This document shows, one piece after another, positions 39,458 to 50,914 of a DNA stretch of 64,000 nt. The notes under the pieces were generated by a model, which saw only the letters and a list, made by a program, of their open reading frames with translations, made no database searches and was not told where the DNA came from. The translations under genes were made by a program, and so were the position numbers. The DNA lies in assembly GCA_000934665.2 (NCBI GenBank), contig KZ538184.1:1-64000 (forward strand). Reading direction: 5' to 3'. How positions within the stretch are numbered: the stretch's first letter is position 1; every line of letters begins with the position of its first letter. The DNA is from Catajapyx aquilonaris (lineage: Eukaryota).

Positions 39458-41693
39458 ATGAGCACAAGGCGCACGTACCTCACCGCCACATCTAAATGGC
39501 AAGACTGCATGTGCAGCAGGGTACCAGGCTCAGGTCCCAGGGTCGAAGTCGAACCCTCAATGAAGTGGATTCGAGCACTCTGCCAGCAAGAGTACGGAGG
39601 CTACGGGTAAATAATAATAATAATAAAAAAACGGCAGGCCAATTTGGTTCATGTCAGATTCCACCTAAATATTTGTGTCTCTCTGAATCTTTCAGCAATG
39701 AAAATATTCGTCGGAACCCGTACGATCTCACCCAAGAATGCGCAAACTCTAAAATGGTGCCTGGAGACTGCGGCCCCCCGGAATTCCCCAGGAGAGACTA
39801 CAGGAGCCGGTACACCATCCCAGACTGGGTCCAGCACCACGGAGACCAGTACTGCAACACCGAGAGAATTCACCAGATGTCCAAACAGATCCAGAGGGAC
39901 ACAGTAGAGCTCCTCGAGTAAGATTGAAAAACTACTAACTTACTACTACTCCTACTCCTACTCTACTACTATCGTACATCTCACCATTCTTTCCTCTCTT
40001 CATTTCCCTCTTCGTTTCTGTCTCCATGTGCCCCACCTTCCAGATAGGCATAGTTGCTTTGGCTCCTTTTCCTATATAATAAACCAAACCCAAACAATAT
40101 CTCTCTCCTTTGTTATAGGCTGTCAGGAGGGCCAAACGACATGTCGCAAGACAGGGCCAGGACTGAACTTCACTTGAGAAACAGCGTGATGGAGCTAAAG
40201 CAACAGAGGGACCAGCTGACGGACGAGATCAAGGAGAACGAGGATGAATTTGGGAAGCTGCTGGAGGTCCGAAACCTACTTGGAAAGGCACATAAGGAGC
40301 TGAACGAGCCAAGGAGGATCATCAGGGAGACCCTGAGCATTCGTGAATACCGCAAAGGTATATCCAGTTTTTAACTTTTCCGATTTCCCCCCCTTCACTC
40401 CCCCATGTCAAGAATGTAACACTGGGCCCGACCCCCCCTCCCTGCCGTTACCCATCGACAGGCATAGAGAAGGTGCACGACACGGCTGAGAAGTGTCTCC
40501 TGAGAGAACTCTGCATCATCCAGAGGTGGAAAGACCTGCTTCTCCCTTTGATAGACAACGTCAATCTGCAGGTACTGTACCGGATGTATGTAACGGAGAA
40601 TAATTACAGCAATGTTTGCTTTGACTCTCATCGAAACAACTATTGCAGCTCGGTCGCGTGAGGGCCACCCGAATCGTCCTGGAGAAAGACGTGCCCAACA
40701 AGGACATGGCCATCGACGTCAACAAGGTCTGCCTGGAGAGACCCCCTTTGTTCTGCGGCAACGACTACGCCGGAGCTTCGGTCGAGGAGATAGACAATGC
40801 GTGAGTGTATACCGGTATACCCAAGAGGGAAGATCAGCCGACTTTATGCGTTTCTTATGCGTTTCTTATGCGTTTCTTATGCGTTTCTTATGCGTTTCTT
40901 GTGCGCTTGTTGATCGTTTCAGAGTAAGCGACCAATCTTCTGGTCCCGTTCTGCTCGCTGCGCACATTAAGGAGTCCCAGTGTGCCAGGGATGCCTCGAG
41001 GCTGGCCCGTGAGAACGGCAACAAGGCGGTGAGCCAGATGGTGCACGAGATCTGGGAGGCCTGGTGCTTCTCCGGGATGGCCCTGGCCGAGAGGGCAAAG
41101 GAGACCCTGAGGGCCAAGGAGCACCTGGACTACTACCTGCACAAGCTGGACGAAGACATCCAGTGCCAGGCAGACCTCCTCGGGAAGCTGACCTCCGCGG
41201 CCAGGGAGAGGCTCTGCTCCGAGAAGCTGGCCAGGGCCAGACTCGAGAAGAGGATGGACCAGCCATGCACAGAGCTGTGGAGAGACCAGGCACACAACAA
41301 GTACGATAAACCCTTGCACTTTTAACCTAACCTAACCAACCGAACTTTGAGCTGTTTCTTTTCTGCCATGTTTGGTGCGATATTTTCGAATAGTTATTTT
41401 GAACAACAAAATTATTGGGTCTGTTTTTTTTCAGCCTGGTTCTGGAAGCGCGTAAGAGCGCTTGCATGTCGTACAGGCTGTACGACAAGGCCAGCGAAGC
41501 AGAGTTCCTGAAGGAGAGGATGCAGGAGGCTCGAGAGGCGGTGAAGGACGACATAAATCAAAAGTTGGACACGGTCAGAATCGACAGGGACACCTGCCTC
41601 AGGATGAGGAGCCCCTTCCCCTTCTCCATCACTGTGTTCCAGGACAACCAGGAGGATCCAAATTGCCAGTTATTTAAGACAGAAAAGTACTAA
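39458..41693 (+). CDS. Tektin (TEKT3/5-like, divergent), 502 aa, 7 exons
   Basis: Exons 39458-39606, 39696-39917, 40119-40357, 40462-40571, 40649-40800, 40923-41300, 41435-41693. Tektin-like motifs RYTIPDW, REYRKGIEKVHD, LEKDVPNKDMAIDVNKVC, ARLEKRMDQPCTELWRD, IDRDTCLRMRSPFP. Confidence 0.85.
40844..40900. repeat. 11-bp tandem repeat (tttcttatgcg) in a tektin intron
   Basis: About five copies. Confidence 0.9.
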
Positions 41694-42291
41694 AATTGAA
41701 ACAACATGTAAAAAAAGAAGAGAAACGCGGGTTTTAAGCTCACGACGAAACATTAGAAAACATTAGGCAATTAAACATCTTTAAAAATTTGTCGAGTTAT
41801 TATATTGAGGGCTTGTCACGAATGTGTTTTTCTATCTGAAGCAGGATGGGTGCGATGTTTCATCGGTTTATCGTTGTTGTCCATCGTGCACTGTTGCAGC
41901 GCAAGGCATGTAGGCCAACCGGTAATTGCAGGATTCATTAAAAAGGAGTGTGTACAGGAATTTATTCAGCTTCGCCGCCTTTCGAAACTAGATTCAAACC
42001 AGCCGCCGTTATCAGCCGCAAGATGGAGTTGCCAGCTGCTTCATGTTCTATTTAAATTTAATTAATGTCAGGATTAATAATTCCAAGTAAGGATTAATTG
42101 CATACTTAATAACAATTAAGATTTAAATACCAGACGGGTGCTTCACCTGGCAACGTTTGTTCAGTCCGCCTATTATTACGTATCACTTTTTGTTGTTGTT
42201 GTTGTTGCATTACGACCAAATTTTTTGGCTCAAAAAATAGTTGTTTTAAATCATACAAGTGTGTACTACCACCTGCTGGCCTGGACTGGCC

Positions 42292-42546
42292 ATGTTTGTG
42301 TGGCACCATCCGGGCAGCAGCCACCAGCAGCACCAGCAGCAGCACCAGTGCCCGTCCGCCCCTGGGCCGCCCCCGGGTGTTGTTGTTGCCGCCAGATCCC
42401 GCCCTGCCTGGCTGTCCCTGATAGCCATCTTCTTCAACCCTAGGGTCCTCACCCTCTGCATGCGGCTCTCACTGGCCCTCACCTGCATGTCCAGGTCGGA
42501 CAGGCTCGGGTTCCTCATGCTCATGCTCGCAGTCACTTACTACTAG
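42292..42546 (+). CDS. Unrecognised small protein (>=84 aa, hydrophobic C-terminus) in the putative OMA1 5' leader
   Basis: gccATG start and strong C/G third-position bias (ctg gcc ctc acc tgc atg tcc agg tcg gac agg ctc ggg ttc ctc...), TAG at 42544. Followed by a canonical intron 42560-42626 leading to the OMA1 start exon. Confidence 0.55.
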   Translation: MFVWHHPGSSHQQHQQQHQCPSAPGPPPGVVVAARSRPAWLSLIAIFFNPRVLTLCMRLSLALTCMSRSDRLGFLMLMLAVTYY

Positions 42547-42666
42547 GGCCTATTAACCGGTGAGTTGTTGTTGAACAGACACATGTGTCGCAAGGTAACA
42601 CATTAATTGCCGTCTTTTCTCCTCAGGGACTATTGAGCGCCGGCTGGCCTTTTTTAAATTAAAAAA

Positions 42667-45600
42667 ATGGCGTGTTTGTTGCGAATGAGGTTGCGGACTA
42701 TAGTGGGACGTCCGCCGAGTGCGTCTCCTCTCGGACAGTATGTAGTGCGGAGATGTGGGTTTCATACGACTACGCCCAATCGGGCCGTTCCGCCATTGGT
42801 CGTGGTGCTCATGAGATATGTGGCCAAGATTGGGATGATTATATTTGGGAGGAAGTTTCGGAAGTGGTGGCAGGCCCTGCCGCCTGAGAGGAAGGCAAAG
42901 TTACTCAACGCGGCGAAGGAGAAAAAGGTGTACATTGCAGGTAAGACGTAGCACAGGTCATGTTGCTCATAATGTACGTAATTAGTATTTTGCCCCCTGA
43001 ATACCCTATAAAGGGTGGCACAGGGTAAGACAAATAAAATTAAAATAATTATTTTGCAGGCGGTGTTGGGTGCTTGAGTATAGCGTCGTATCAGTACTAT
43101 TTATCCCATCTTCAAGCAACGCCCGTGACCAATCGAATTCGCTTCCTAGCCTTCACTCCGGAGCAGATGATGGAGATAGGCCAGCATCAAACTGACTATG
43201 TAAGTCTCTAGCCCCTGAATCCGCAGGTCTGAACAGTTTTAGCGCAAAAGCTCGGCATGATAGTAACTTCAGAAAATGTCGTGCGAGGACAAAGTCATAA
43301 GTTGTTTATACATTTTATTCATGACTGTTCAAGGAGATTCTGTGTATTTAACTCCTGGCACTTTTTTTTAAAATTGCAGTACTTGGAAAAGTATAAGATT
43401 CTTATTCTACCAGATGAGGATCCTAATACGCAGAAAGTGGTGAGAGCTGCCACTCGACTTCTGAAGGCCAACAGGGACTTACCGCAGGTCGTGGACAAGG
43501 ATTGGACCATCACCGTCATCAACCTGCCGTTGGAGAGGAATGCCTTTGTGCTTCCAGTTAGTACCTGTATCCTTCGAAGTTACAGATTACGTTGCATTAG
43601 GCTATGATTTGTTGTATTGTTTGGTTCGTTTTTGTTTGCTCAGAATGGAAGCATATTTGTATTCAGAGGGATGCTGGACGTGGCGCATAACGAGGATCAG
43701 CTTGGCTGCATCCTGGGTCACGAGGTAGCCCATGCCATTTTAGGACATGGAGTGAGTTCATTCGTTTTCGTTTTGCAAAGTGCGCAATTTAATTTCGATA
43801 ATTTTTAATTGTCAAGCAAGTTAGAGCAGGTGAGCTACATGCACCTGGTGGACCTGGCAATGATCGTAGCAATAGGTGTAATTTGGGCAGTGATTCCTGG
43901 TGACATCCTGGCTCTCATCACCCAGTCGCTTGTCAGCTGGATGACAGACCTGATGCTGCATCTCCCGTTTGGACGGAGCTTGGAGATAGAGGCTGACGAG
44001 GTGGGACTCATGTTGGCTGCTAAGGTACGCAGATGTTTTCAGTTGGTTTTTGTGTTGAAGAGCAGAAGGAGGAACCACTTTTTAAAGGCCTAAATATCTC
44101 AATGGATTGGAAAACATTGTTAACCCTTAACTGGTGCAGTGAAAAAAAGGATTTTCCCGGTGCAGTGGCGTCTCGAGTGGCGACTTGGAAATTTTTCACA
44201 TGTAAACGTAAATTGGTGAATTTTAGAGGGTCTTTTTCGATTGGATTAATAATTTTCAGGACAAAAATTTCCAAGTCTGTGAGGATGGGTTAAGTGTTTT
44301 TTTCCCCCCCAAATAAAATCCAGCTTACTGCTTGCTCTGAGTAGTTTGCAGCAGTAATTTTTACGAGCCGTTCCATGCAGTACTTGAGAATTGCTCGAGT
44401 AAGACCTATGGTACAGCTTAAATCAATTGGTGAAGGTCTTACGTGCGCCTGGCTTGGTTCAGTACCTTCATTCCGGCACGGTCTTACTACCCTTTTTTTC
44501 ACTGGAGGGAATGTTTTTGCTCTTATTTCAGTTCTTTTTTTAAACCCCTTCGCAATACCAGCTATACTGCCATCCCTTTGGTTGTCACTTACACGTACTC
44601 TGATGATAAGGACAATATACAGGGTGTTTCAGAGTCACGGGTCAAGCGCGCACGAGGGGTGGGGAAAAATTGTAGGTGGCGACAACCCCAGTCAGTTTTA
44701 TAAAACAATTAGAAATACGCCAGTAATCTATTTATTTATTACTGCAGTACGGTGTGACGTCACATCCTTTCTGTTCTAATCGAGTGGCGCGGACTGGCAG
44801 GTTGAACCTGGTTGAGCTGCTTTTTAGCCTTGCGGGTTGCACCGGAAAAGGCGCTCTCATGCTATGCCGGCAGGGTACTGTACAAAGTAGTTACTACTGT
44901 ACAGTATTGTGAGCAGGTGAGCAGGATTCCTTCTTCTGCCGCTTCAGAAAATGTCGCAAGCAGTTGGCTCGATGTATGACCTATACTGTACAGTAGTACA
45001 CTACTTTGTACAGTACCCTGCTGGTGTAGGATGAGAGCGCCTTTTCTGGTGCAACCTGCAAGGCAAAAAAGCCACCGCACCAAAGGGTTGATGAAGATTT
45101 CACAGGCCGGTTAGGACAGCCCTCATCCCCTTTTCCAGGCCGGTTTAATTGCTTTCACTTGTGCAGATGCACCAAGATGTTCGTTACAAGCAGGACTGAA
45201 TGGGCCAATGCCTGTGTTTACAATTATTAATTGCAAATTGTACAGCGTTGAGTACTCCTGTCCCTTTCTGTGCAGAGCAGATACACTATGAATGCAATTC
45301 GGCTCCTTTGGTTTCTGACTCACACGTTGGTGTCTTTAAATATTTTTGCAGGCTTGCTTTGATGTTCGTGAAGTGAGTGCCTTCTGGGGCTACATGGCCC
45401 TGCAAGGGGAGCTCGACGAAGAGGAGGAGATTGAGTGGCTCTCGACGCACCCAAACAATGACAGGAGGCAGTATCATCTGGATGAACTCATTCCTAATGC
45501 CCTCAAGATCAGGAAGGATTACAGTGCAAGTGTCGTTGGTTACTTATTACTGTAAATATAATGTCTCGCACCTTCTTTGCAGACGGGTGTATTTTTTGGG

Positions 45601-45794
45601 GTTTCATTGTGATGCTGCGCAAACTTGATAACCAATAATGCTTATTGCAGTGTCCATTGTTGACGCGAGAGGATCCGAGGCAGGAAGTGGAGAGGGTGAG
45701 GGAAGCAATGCAAAACGACAGGGAAGAAGCGGTCGCCATGTACGGGCGGATGAGGACGAGGCATAACGTAACACGATCATGGCAGAGTTCCTGA
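42667..45794 (+). CDS. OMA1: Mitochondrial metalloendopeptidase OMA1 (peptidase M48), 406 aa, 7 exons
   Basis: Exons 42667-42940, 43060-43199, 43380-43556, 43644-43751, 43821-44024, 45352-45525, 45651-45794. Arg-rich mitochondrial-type N-terminus, GRKFRKWW, NAFVLPNG, zinc motif HEVAH, RSLEIEADEVGLMLAAKAC, WLSTHP. Confidence 0.95.
44124..44289. mobile_element. Possible piggyBac-type MITE remnant in an OMA1 intron
   Basis: TTAA-CCC ... GGG-TTAA termini. The terminal repeats are very short, so support is weak. Confidence 0.35.
44819..45072. mobile_element. Fold-back MITE with ~90-bp inverted arms in an OMA1 intron
   Basis: 44819-44907 pairs with 44983-45072 (gccttgcgggttgcaccggaaaaggcgctctcat...cagggtactgtacaaagtag). 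Confidence 0.8.
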
Positions 45795-45865
45795 AATAAG
45801 ATGAAATTCTAGTAGGCTGTGAAACAGATTTGTTGAAAATTGTATACCCTAGTTATTTTGAAATC

Positions 45866-45871
45866 AATAAA
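45866..45871 (+). terminator. Probable OMA1 polyadenylation signal
   Basis: AATAAA about 70 nt after the stop codon, followed by T-rich sequence. Confidence 0.55.
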
Positions 45872-47849
45872 CTTTTATTCCCATTGCCTTTTTCGTTCAT
45901 GCCGATTGGTGATATAATCTGCATCTTGTTTGATTCTGATCATTTGTGGATTTTTCGCAGGAGTGGACATGTTGCAATTGTGTAATGCGAGATTCAAGAC
46001 GAGGATGAATCTTGGATGACAAAATTTATTTTTAACCAATTTATCTACTACTGTTATCCTTTTTCATGTGCGGCTATCGAATCTTGTCCAATTTCTTAGA
46101 GGTTTCTTTTGTAACTGATGTATAAGGCCACTGGCGGCATCTTTGTGCATATTTTACTTGCCGTTGAATCCGAATCTGAAGATTTACTGTTGTTCTGGAA
46201 GCTAACACTTGTTTTATTGCAGAGGGATCAAAGAGGTTACGTGCATGGCATTTTGCAGGAGTTCCAGGCTGAAAACATTAATTCTCAGGAACTTGCAGCA
46301 TTTAATTAAATCGACAGGAACGATGTGATGCAGCGAACTTCTAGAGCAGCGAATCTACTTCAACAACAGAATCTTTGCTATTTTCAAGACGTGGTGCAGT
46401 AAAATAAATGTAAGTCTTGCAATGATCATTGAAACTTTTTTAATCCAGTGTCTTTAATAATTATTCCTGCCCTAATGCCTTTACATCTTTTCGGGTTCAT
46501 TACAATATATTTGAGTCTCCCCTTTTTCTTTTTACGTGACCTATACCTACTACTTGTCTCCATGCAAGATAAGGTATTCAGTGCCATGAGCTGGCTTCTA
46601 AGTATGCGATCCGTGGAGCCTTTTTTGTCAGCCTCTAGTTTGTCTACCTCTTCAGGAATTCTGCGCCACATCTTTAAAAGGCCAAATAGGGTCAGATCAA
46701 CATGCTCTTTAAAATTCAGCTTGTTTCTCGGCAGGGTCAACGGCTGAGTTGTTAATCCTGCTCATTTTCAAACCCCCGAGTTTTTCAAAAAAACTTGTGG
46801 CACTGTAGCACTAATAACACAAAGATAAGGCTGCTTTGATCCGCATTAACCACCAAAATTCCCTCTATAAGCATGTAGTTTATTCAAAACTTGTTTGTCC
46901 ATTTAATCCTGCGCCCCTGACTAGGTTTCCGCAACAGAGATTAAAATCTAATCGCTAAAATTTTGATGCGTCGATGATGGAGAAGCAATATTTATGAACA
47001 TAGTTAAAGTCCCAATAATACACTGTAATGTGCAGAGTGGGTCATGAATTTAATATCCGCTCTACTAGTGAAATTACCCGCACAAAAGCTGCTTGCCAAT
47101 TCATACTGCAAAACTTTGCTAAAAGAATTTGCAGCATTGTACTGTATAACTGAAAGATTAGACGACCTGTCTAAATAGAGTGGGGTTGCATAACATACAG
47201 GATAAAACCAATTCCATGTACTTATATTGCTATCTTTATTATTTCATGTTTATAATATATTGTTAGTTGGTTAGTTATAATATTTTATAATAATGTTATG
47301 GAGCCTTCCAGTTTTTTAAAAGACTTTGACCACATTTTTTTTTGTTTGTTTTTATTTAAAGTGCCACTGGTCAGAAGCGGCAATGGTGTTTTGTTGCTGC
47401 AGGACGAAACGATCCTCTCTTCTTTTTTTTCCCCACGCAGTCTGCGGTATCGAGGTGGTGAAATCTGTAATTAATGCGATTGGCGAATTAATGGAGCGTG
47501 TGTTAAATCGCGGGAGACTAATTTATTAGGTGACTGGATTCTGGAAATGACGTTGTTTCTAGTCGGAGAGATGAGGTTGCCTGAGGGGACGGGGTGGAAA
47601 ATTTTCATGGCACACATGGTTTCACTTTTGTTATCAGGGGTGGTTAGATTGGGGTTTGAATAGTGTAATGCTGAGCACACTGGCCCGGCCTCGTAGTGTT
47701 GGAAGGAAAAGTTGGTAGAAGCACAGTGTGAAAAGTCAATTATAAAATCGATTAAAGTGTAGATATCAATAAAATTGTATAGAGAACTAAACTGATATGA
47801 ATTAGCCCTAATAATTGCCTAAATTTACAATAAAAATTTAATGCTTCAA

Positions 47850-48290
47850 TGAAATTAACGTCAATTACTAAATTAAATATTATTGTTCTATGTCCTAACG
47901 AAACTAAAAAAAATTAAAACACTGGTAATATGCCATACAAATCGTTGTCCATTAATAAAAATTAATAAACAAAGTGACACGAGTTGCTAATGACCTCATA
48001 ATTACAATTTAAGCTCGTAAAAATTGAAGAGCTCAATAAATTTTATAACTCAAATTAATTTTTTCGTTAATATCCCCAAAATTAAAGATTAATTTCATAC
48101 AACTAGTTGTCGGCTGGCTATTAATCAATGTTACTAATAATGAAATTGATCAAAATTAACTGAAGGTAATTCAAATAGCAGCTTAAAAAATTTAATACGC
48201 TACTTTAAAAATTAACGAATTATTGCATTAAAATATAAACTGTACCGGATAGGCTACTGATTATGTAAAATAACAGTAAGAGTAATATTT
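47850..48290. repeat. Diverged AT-rich repeat, inverted partner of 50915-51345
   Basis: Blocks such as acgagttgctaatga, tagttgtcggctg and aattaactgaag are reverse-complemented at 50915-51345. Confidence 0.7.
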
Positions 48291-49019
48291 CAAACGAGTG
48301 TGTGTTACAACTCGGCTTTTTCTGCCACAAAATCAGAGAAATAGCATTTGTCGAAATGGACGTTACTTTTTGACTCACAACTAAATAATTACTTGAAAAA
48401 TTTTACAAGCAGTGCATTATCTGTTTTCAGGGGGGAAAAAAATCATCAATTTGTGGAGCAAACTTTATTAAGAATGCGATTGTTTACTGTTCTTAATCAA
48501 TGTAGGCAGTAATTATCGGTAAATTTATGCCAGAGATTTTTTTTTTTTCAGCTGATGCAGACAATCAATATGCATGGCGACGATTCCCCACACTCATTAA
48601 TTTTCTTCGCAGCATTCGTTAGGCTGCTGATTGAAGCCCTTTTCAAACCGGAACTAAAGAATTTCCAAAGAACTTTTTTCCCTAGCTATTTTCTTTTCCT
48701 TCCCAATTCCCTATAGATCTACATCCAGTTTTAATGGCTGCAATTTTCTGGCAAAGCGATAGTATAGTTTGATGGAATCAAAGTCCAATCCGGTTTCACC
48801 TGAAGCGCGGAGCTGCTTCTCTGTGTATTTATTTCAAGCACTTAAAATGAAGAACAAGTTCGGTCTGATTAGAAACTTTCGGACTTTTGCGATCAACAGT
48901 GTCTAATTAAAACCACTAAACAATAATAGAGAGCACATCATCGTCTCGAATTCTGCCTCCGCCTAATTAAACCACGAAACTAGATATACAGAATACCTAA
49001 TCAGTTAATCTAGTCTCTG

Positions 49020-49285
49020 CAGTGTGCTTTTTACGAGCACAACCGAGTGCGCACAATAGTTATGTAGGGTTGGAATTATCAATTATAGCTGTCTGACAGA
49101 TGTCTGTACTGCACTGCTGTTATTTACAACGCTACACTTGGGGGAGAACAAAATGGATGATATTTGCCAACATTGCCAAAGAACCTCAGAAGCTACATGT
49201 GGGGAGTAACTCTGGGAATGTTGTCACAGCTGTGTAGCTGCGCGAATGTGGGTGCGCACTCGGTTGCGCTAGTTGAAAAAAAAAA
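49020..49285. mobile_element. Dispersed repeat/MITE family A, copy 2 (with terminal IRs)
   Basis: ttttacgagcacaaccgagtgcgcac ... gtgcgcactcggttgcgctag. Confidence 0.7.
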
Positions 49286-49777
49286 TCATGCAGTCGTCAG
49301 TTCTACAAAATAAATAATGAAACCACAAGTTTATGCAAAACGTATATAGCCTTTAAACATTTTAAAGACTGTACTTGCTGAGTACTGAACATTTCCAGAG
49401 TTGACTCGGTCCGGATGATGAATTAGCTAAAGTACATAGAGGACAGGTGAACCTTTTCAGTTTTTGCCCCGTCCACTCTGCATAGTGTTTGTGTGGGTGT
49501 GTGTATTAGGAGGGAGCTGTGTGCAAAGTCTTTTCATCTGTCCTAAAACTGTCGAGCTTTAAACTTCGGTGCTCTGATGACTGGTAAGGCCTCTTGAAAA
49601 AAAACCTTCCAAAGTTGGAAGAGGCTCGAGGCAAAAGAGAGTGGTGCACATTAATCCAAGTCGGGCGTGGCCAAAAACCCAGCTTTAATGAGCCTTCAAT
49701 CAACCAACTCGCTATACACTTACCATTTACCACTATAGCGAACTTACAGATGGTAAATGCACCTCTATGGACCAAGT

Positions 49778-49827
49778 GTTACTGTGGAAACAAGGTTCTC
49801 ATGACAACCAGCAGTTGCCATGATAAC
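49778..49827. promoter_or_regulatory. Three tandem RFX X-box-like motifs
   Basis: GTTACTGTGGAAAC (49778), GTTCTCATGACAAC (49795), GTTGCCATGATAAC (49814). Confidence 0.55.
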
Positions 49828-50420
49828 TAAACCTGGAAAAACAAAGAAACAAGCTTTGCATTTTGTACACATTGGCTGTAGTGAACCCATTGCCAAAATT
49901 TGGCAACATATTTATTCTAATTCTTCATTGTATGTTTGTCCGACATGATAGTATCTCACTGGAGGCTGATTTACCACGCAGTACTATTCTTCGTGCAGAG
50001 ATGGCGCGCCCTTCCATTGCACACTCCTGCCACTCTCAAGTCGTGCGGGTAATAGTGGTACTATCAGGTCGGACAAACATCCGACGGAGAGAATAAGTGG
50101 ATTGGATTAGAAGAAGTATATTATGATCTATATATGAGTCGGTGAATACATGTATTAAAAGAGGCCAACCGAAGATTTGTTTTTTCAAGTTCTGAGTTGC
50201 CCAAACCCCTGTCGTAGTTCTTTCGTCAACACACGGAAAAGAAGCTTTGACGCACAAGTACCCCTAATAGGCCACCGAAGACTACTTCCTTTCCGCGGCA
50301 GTTAAACAACCTATACAGACTATACTCTCGGTATATACACGCTGGTATACACGCGAAAAGAAAACTTTTCTCTCCGGTTCACTCAGGCACGAGTAGCAAG
50401 CAAGGAAAGGAGTCGTAGAA

Positions 50421-50454
50421 AAGAAGAAGAAGAAGAAGAAGAAGAAAAAAAAAA
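50421..50454. repeat. (AAG)n microsatellite plus poly-A
   Basis: Direct reading. Confidence 0.9.
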
Positions 50455-50914
50455 GACGCGGACACAATAAAGTCAGGGTGCTTTACACTCTATTAGATTT
50501 ACAGCGGAAACCTGTGAGAAAAACAATGAAGTTGAAAGAATCGTCTGCTGGATCCTTCTTCCTATACACATTTTGTCGTTTTCGGTTTTCCGAGTTTTCT
50601 TTATTAAAGAGTATAGTAGTGACATTTCAATAGCTGACTTACATGGTATAATAAACCCTGTCCTCGTTACAAACTTGTCCAGCAATGTCCCCTAGCAACC
50701 ATATGCTTGAATAATTGCTGAACTTGTTACATGTTTTCTTCAGATTTTGAGGAAAAAAGTCTGATGTTGGATCCAGACATTCGGAGGAAAATTATTGATG
50801 TAGGAAATATTCCTGATGCCAATGGCAATGCAGCTTGTAAGTTACAACTTTGGTTATAACTAATAAATGAGCCAGATAGCCAGGATTCTCTGTCTTCTGA
50901 CATTTTGTTTGGCA

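Noticed and set aside
40612..41325. 237-aa ORF as a single CDS
   Set aside because: It reads through introns and the 11-bp repeat. Only 40923-41300 is in the tektin frame.
42246..42536. Minus-strand 96-aa ORF opposite the OMA1 leader ORF
   Set aside because: It is the antisense shadow of a GC3-biased + strand frame. The splice signals point to the + strand.
47441..47529. Strong pyrimidine tract plus acceptor followed by a short open frame
   Set aside because: No upstream donor or homology to attach it to.
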